Shown in pieces: positions 49,690 to 64,000 of a stretch of DNA of 64,000 bases. The position numbers and the translations under genes were made by a program. Source of the DNA: Anaeramoeba ignava BMAN (lineage: Eukaryota; Protista; Anaeramoebae); contig JAPDFW010000016.1 of assembly GCA_028826165.1 (NCBI GenBank), positions 16,789-80,788 of the forward strand, read 5' to 3'. The number at the start of each line of letters is the position of its first letter. Positions within the stretch are counted from its first letter, which is position 1. The notes beneath the pieces were generated by a model. That model did no database searches. It was not told the origin of the DNA and was given only the letters and a program-made list of their open reading frames with translations.

Positions 49690-52500
49690 AACATTTTAAT
49701 AATAATTTTAATAATAATTTTAATAATAAATTTAATAATAATTTTAATAATAAATTTAATAATCAATTTAATAATAAATTTAATAATAAATTTAATAATA
49801 AATTTAATAATAATTTTAATAATAATTTTAATAATAAATATAATAATAATTTTAATAATAAATATAATAATAATTTTAATAATAATTTTAATAATAATTT
49901 TAATAATAAATTTAATAATAATTTTAATAATAATTTTAATAATAAATTTAATAATAATTTTAATAATAATTTTAATAATAAATTAAATAATAAATTTAAT
50001 AATAATTTTAATAATAAATTTAATAATAATTTTAATAATAATTTTAATAATAATTTTAATAATAATTTTTAATAATAATTTTAATAATAATTTTAATAAT
50101 AATTTTAATAATAATTTTAATAATAAATATAATAATAATTTTAATAATAAATTTAATAATAAATTTAATAATAAATTTAATAATAATTTTAATAATAAAT
50201 TTAATAATAATTTTAATAATAAATTTAATAATAATTTTAATAATAATTTTAATAATAATTTTAATAATAAATTTAATAATAAATTTTTAATAATAAATAT
50301 AATAATAAATTTAATAATAAATTTAATAATAAATTTAATAATAATTTTAGAAACAATTTTAGAAACATTTTAATAATAATTTTAATAATAATTTTAATAA
50401 TAATTTTAATAATAATTTTAATAATAATTTTAATAATAATTTTAATAATAAATTTAATAATAAATTTAATAATAATTTTAATAATAAATTTAATAATAAT
50501 TTTAATAATAATTTTAATAATAATTTTAATAATAATTTTAATAATAATTTTAATAATAATTTTAATAATAATTTTAATAATCAATTTAATAATAAATTTT
50601 AATAATAATTTTTAATAATAATTTTTAATAATAATTTTAATAATAAATTTAATAATAATTTTAATAATAAATTTAATAATAAATTTAATAATAATTTTAA
50701 TAATAAATTTAATAATAATTTTAATAATAATTTTAATAATAAATTTAATAATAAATTTAATAATAATTTTAATAATAATTTTAATAATAAATTTAATAAT
50801 AAATTTAATAATAATTTTAATAATAATTTTAATAATAATTTTAATAATAATTTTAATAATAAATATAATAATAAATTTAATAATAATTTAATAATAAATT
50901 TAATAATAAATTTAATAATAAATATAATAATCAATTTAATAATAAATTTAATAATAATTTTAATAATAAATTTAATAATAAATATAATAATCAATTTAAT
51001 AATAAATTTAATAATAAATTTAATAATAAATTTAATAATAAATTTAATAATAATTTTAATAATAATTTTAATAATAATTTTAATAATAATTTTAATAATA
51101 AATTTAATAATAATTTTAATAATAATTTTAATAATAATTTTAATAATAAATTTAATAATAAATTTAATTATAATTTTAATAATAAATTTAATAATAAATT
51201 TAATAATCAATTTAATAATAATTTTAATAATAATTTTTAATAATAAATTTAATAATAATTTTAATAATAATTTTAATAATAAATTTAATAATAAATTTAA
51301 TAATAATTTTTAATAATAAATTTAATAATAAATTTAATAATAATTTTAATAATAAATTTAATAATAATTTTAATAATAATTTTAATAATAAATTTATTAA
51401 TAATAAATTTAATAATAATTTTAATAATAATTTTAATAATAATTTTAATAATAAATTTAATAATTAATTTAATAATAATTTTAATAATAATTTTAATAAT
51501 AATTTTAATAATAAATTTAATAATAAATTTAATAATAATTTTAATAATAATTTTAATAATAATTTTAATAATAAATTTAATAATAAATTTAATAACCAAT
51601 TTTAATAATAAATTTAATAACCAATTTTAATAATAAATTTAATAATAAATTTAATAATAATTTTAATAATAATTTTAATAATAAATTTAATAATAATTTT
51701 AATAATAATTTTAATAATAATTTTAATAATAAATTTAATAATAATTTTAATAATAAATTTAATAATAATTTTTAATAATAATTTTTAATAATAATTTTAA
51801 TAATAAATATAATAATAAATTTAATAATAAATTTAATAATAATTTTAATAATAAATTTAATAATAAATTTAATAATAATTTTTAATAATAAATTTAATAA
51901 TAATTTTAATAATAATTTTAATAATAAATTTATTAATAATAAATTTAATAATAATTTTAATAATAATTTTAATAATAAATTTAATAATAATTTTAATAAT
52001 AAATTTAATAATAATTTTTAATAATAATTTTAATAATAAATTTAATAATAATTTTAATAATAAATTTAATAATAAATTTAATAATAAATTTAATAATAAT
52101 TTTTATAATAATTTTATTAATAATTTTAATAATAATTTTAATAATAATTTTAATAATAATTTTTAATAATAATTTTAATAATAATTTTAATAATAATTTT
52201 AATAATAAATTTAATAATAATTTTAATAATAAATTTAATAATAAATTTAATAATAATTTTAATAATCAATTTAATAATAAATTTAATAATAAATTTAATA
52301 ATAATTTTAATAATAATTTTAATAATAATTTTAATAATAATTTTAATAATCAATTTAATAATAAATTTAATAATAATTTTAATAATAATTTTAATAATAA
52401 TTTTAATAATAATTTTAATAATAAATTTAATAATAATTTTAATAATAATTTTAATAATAATTTTAATAATAATTTTAATAATAAATTTAATAATAAATTT
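49690..52500. repeat. ~2.8-kb 12-mer satellite (AATAATAATTTT/AATAATAAATTT) between convergent genes
   Basis: Direct inspection; explains the IIIK/LLLK ORFs. Confidence 0.95.
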
Positions 52501-52622
52501 AGAAAAGAAATAAAAGATTTTTGGAAAAGAATTTTAATGGAAAATTATTGGTTTTTTAGAAAGAAAAAAAAAAACTTTTTAGAAAAGAAAAAAAAAAGAA
52601 GAAAAGGAAAAAGAATAAAGAA

Positions 52623-55600
52623 TTATTTCTTATGGAATTCAATTCCTCTTTTTTTAAGACGATCAAATAAAAAGGATGAATATTTATTATCAGAACCTTC
52701 CAATTTAGCAATAAGTTCTAAAGGAAAAACACCAGGTTGAGTAAAAATCTTCTGAGCAATTAATTCCAAAGAAGAAGCACCAGTAAAAGCAGTTGTTTGA
52801 CTCATTGCGCTAATTTTTTTTTCTTCATCATATTTTTGATATAAATCATAACTTTCTTCTAATTCTTTATCTTCTTTTTTTCCTTTTAATGTAACTCTCA
52901 TAAAAAGTAAATCTTTATCTCCTTCTCTTGGTTTCCATTCTTCTGTTATTTGTTTTAATGTTTCTTTTAATTTTGGTTCTTCAAATGCTTTTTCTTTATA
53001 AAGTTTTTGGATTAAATCAACATGTCCAGGATATCTAAATTTCCATTTTAAATTTGATTTAAATTTGATTTTGATTTTAAATTTCCATTTTAAATTTCCA
53101 TTTTAAATTTTCATTTTAAATTTTCATTTTAAATTTCATTTTAAATTTGATTTTAAATTTGATTTTAAATTTCATTTTAAATTTTCATTTTAAATTTGAT
53201 TTTAAATTTCATTTTAAATTTGATTTTAAATTTGATTTTAAATTTGATTTTAAATTTGATTTTAAATTTCCATTTTAAATTTGATTTTAAATTTTCATTT
53301 TAAATTTCCATTTTAAATTTGATTTTAAATTTCCATTTTAAATTTCCATTTTAAATTTCCATTTTAAATTTCCATTTTAAATTTCCATTTTAAATTTCCA
53401 TTTTAAATTTGATTTTCATTTTAAATTTGATTTTCATTTTAAATTTTTTATTAAAATTAACCTTAAAGTTTTCTCGATTAAATTTGGAACATGATTAAAA
53501 GTTGTAAGTAAAGATCTAAAATTAAAAATAAAAATAATTAAAAACCAAATTCAAACTAAAAATAAAATTATTACCTTAAACCATCTGTATTGAAAGCTTC
53601 TAATTTACCAATTTCTTCAATTCCTGTATCAATAGTTTCAAGTTCACTTAAAGGTTCAACAGTAACAACTTTTCCATCACGGAAAATTCTTGGTTCTCTA
53701 TTTAAAAATTAAATCCAAAAAAATGAATAAAATCAAAATAAATGAATAAATCAATTAATTCAAATAATTCAATTAAATCAAAATAAATTAATTAAAATTA
53801 AATCAAAATAAATTAAATACCTTGTGTATTCTTCAATTACATCACTTGTACAAAATACACTAAAATAATTATATGGTTCTCTTTTGCTTTCTTTTTGTGG
53901 AAGACCTCCTACATAACAAGTTATAGAATCTACAGAATCAAAATTTTTTGCTCCAATTCCAAACATTAAATTTGATAAACCTGGTGCAACTCCTGTATAA
54001 ATAAACATAAATTTTTCAATTTGATTTTAATTTTTGAATTTGATATTGAATTTAATTTTGATTTTGATTTTGAATTTTGATTTTGATTTTAAATTTGATT
54101 TTGATTTTGAATTTGATTTTAATTTTTGAATTTGATTTTGATTTTGATTTTGATTTTGATTTAAATTTGAATTTGAATTTGATTTTGATTTTGAATTTGA
54201 TTTTGAATTTGAATTTGATTTTGATATTGATTTTGAATTTGAATTTGAATTTGATTTTAAATTTGATTTTGAATTTGATTTTGAATTTGAATTTGAATTT
54301 GATTTTGATTTTGATTTTGATTTTGAATTTGATTTTGATTTTGAATTTGAATTTGAATTTGATATTGATTTTGAAATTGAATTTGAATTTGAATTTGAAT
54401 TTGATTTTGAATTTGATTTTGAATTTGATTTTAAATTTGATTTTGAATTTGATTTTGAATTTGATTTTGAATTTGATTTTGAAATTGAATTTGAATTTGA
54501 ATTTGATTTTGAATTTGATTTTGAATTTGATTTTGAATTTGAATTTGAATTTGAATTTGAATTTGAATTTGATTTTAAATTTTAAAATAATTATTCACCA
54601 CAATCAACAATAGCTGTAACTCCATTTTTTTTAGCAAGAGAATCAAGTTCCATAACATCTTGAGGAGTAAAAGAAATATCAGCAATACTTTTTCCTGCTT
54701 CAAGAACAGCAGTAAACATATTGTATCCTAAAAAAGAAGGAACAGCTCCAACAATAAAATCAAATGGTTCAACTGCTTTTTTAATTGCTTCTTTATCAGA
54801 AAAATCTAATTGAATAAATTCTATTCCAAATTCTTTAAGTTTTTTTGCTATTGCTTCATCTCGATCGGCTACTGTTACTTTGTATTGTCCTGTTTCAACA
54901 AGATCTCTTGCCATAATAGATCCCTTTTAAAATTTAAATTTGAATTTGATTTTGAATTTGAATTTGATTTTAATTGTGATTTAATTGTGATTTAATTTTG
55001 ATTTTGAATTTGAATTTGAATTTGAATTTGAATTTGAATTTGAATTTGAATTTGAATTTGATTTAATTTATTTGTGATTTAATTGTGATTTATTTGTGAT
55101 TTAATTGTAATTTTGAATGTGATTTAATTTATAATTTAATTGTGATTTAATTGTGATTTAATTATTATTTATTTGTGATTTAATTGTGATTTAATTTATT
55201 TGTGATTTAATTTAATTATGATTTATTTATATTTTAATTTTGATTTATTTGTGATTTAATTGTGATTTAATTGTGATTTAATTATAATTTAATTGTAATT
55301 TTGAATGTGATTTATTTGTGATTTAATTGTGATTTAATTTGAATGTGATTTTGAATGTGATTTTGAATTTGATTTAATTATAATTTTGAATGTGATTTAT
55401 TTGTGATTTAATTTAATTATGATTTATTTGTGATTTATTTGTGATTTATTTGTGATTTAATTGCGATTTATTTGTGATTTATTTAATTTAAATATGATTT
55501 ATTTGTGATTTAATTGTGATTGATTTAATTTAAATGTGATTTAATTGTAATTTAATTGTGATTTAATTTTGATTTAATTGTGATTTATTTGTAATTTAAT

Positions 55601-55857
55601 TGTAATTTAATTGTGATTTTGATTGTGATTTAATTATGATTTAATTGTGATTTAATTGTAATTTAATTGTAATTTAATTGTGATTTTAATTGTGATTTAA
55701 TTGTAATTTAATTGTAATTTAATTGTGATTTTAATTGTGAATAATTTTCGAATTTTAAATTTTGCTTTTTGTTTTAAAATTAAATTTTATAAATGAAAAT
55801 ATGATTGATTTGATAATTTACTTGCATTCCACCACCAAGAATTAAAATATTGAGCAT
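52623..55857 (-). CDS. Prokaryote-type saccharopine dehydrogenase / lysine 6-dehydrogenase family oxidoreductase (373 aa); exons 55857-55822, 54923-54599, 53992-53821, 53697-53575, 53515-53462, 53034-52623
   Basis: Rossmann motif ILILGGGMQG; DCGVAPGLSN, YVGGLP, EEYTR, AFNTDGLRSL, EKTLRYPGH, SAMSQTTAF; all GT-AG junctions are in frame. Confidence 0.88.
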
Positions 55858-56034
55858 TTTTGTTTAAGTTTGTTTTGTGTTTTGTGTTGATTTAATAGTT
55901 GAAAAATGAAAAAGAAAAATTTAAGAAAAAAAATTTTTTTTTCTCCTTTTTATTTTTTCTCCTTTTTAAATAAAAATTTTTTTTAATTTTTTCATTTTTC
56001 ATTTTTTTCATTTTTTTTAATTTAAAATTTTAAA

Positions 56035-63900
<7,866 letters not shown>

Positions 63901-64000
63901 TTTTCAAAATCAATTTTCTTAACAATTTTCTTAAAAATTTTCTTAATAATTTCCTTTTTCTTTCAAAATAAAAATTCATTTCGATTTTAATTTTTCATTT

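Noticed and set aside
50273-52353. IIIK/LLLK ORFs
   Set aside because: Satellite DNA artefacts
54077-54613. 178-aa LNLILI ORF
   Set aside because: Antisense hexamer repeat inside an intron of the dehydrogenase gene

Overview
Very AT-rich eukaryotic nuclear DNA with the standard genetic code, GT-AG spliceosomal introns, and microsatellite-filled introns and intergenic regions. The intein density, Ank-BTB gene and TCATT initiator-like motifs suggest a metamonad such as Anaeramoeba; this is inference, not verified. Genes recognised: a giant ankyrin-repeat/tandem-BTB protein, UTP14, ALG2, a tandem array of five related genes, a winged-helix (E2F-like) and a bZIP transcription factor, an ASCC3/Slh1 double-cassette helicase, a prokaryote-type saccharopine/lysine dehydrogenase, and V-ATPase subunit A. 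Two things stand out. First, two genes carry five inteins. The helicase has three: a WCT-motif class-3-like intein in Walker A, plus one at the equivalent motif-VI site of each cassette. V-ATPase A has two: the canonical VMA-a site and a non-canonical SPPGGDF|S site. All four LAGLIDADG endonuclease domains look catalytically degenerate. Second, the tandem array (3 intact copies, 2 pseudogenes) encodes Ubl-like domain / charged helix / Ubl-like domain / ZU5-like HF|S autoproteolysis motif / NEURL4-type ADP-ribosyltransferase. It diversifies in mosaic blocks around the active site and is a candidate self-cleaving immune or toxin effector system. Exon and intein boundaries were read by hand, and domain calls rest on motif recognition without database searches.
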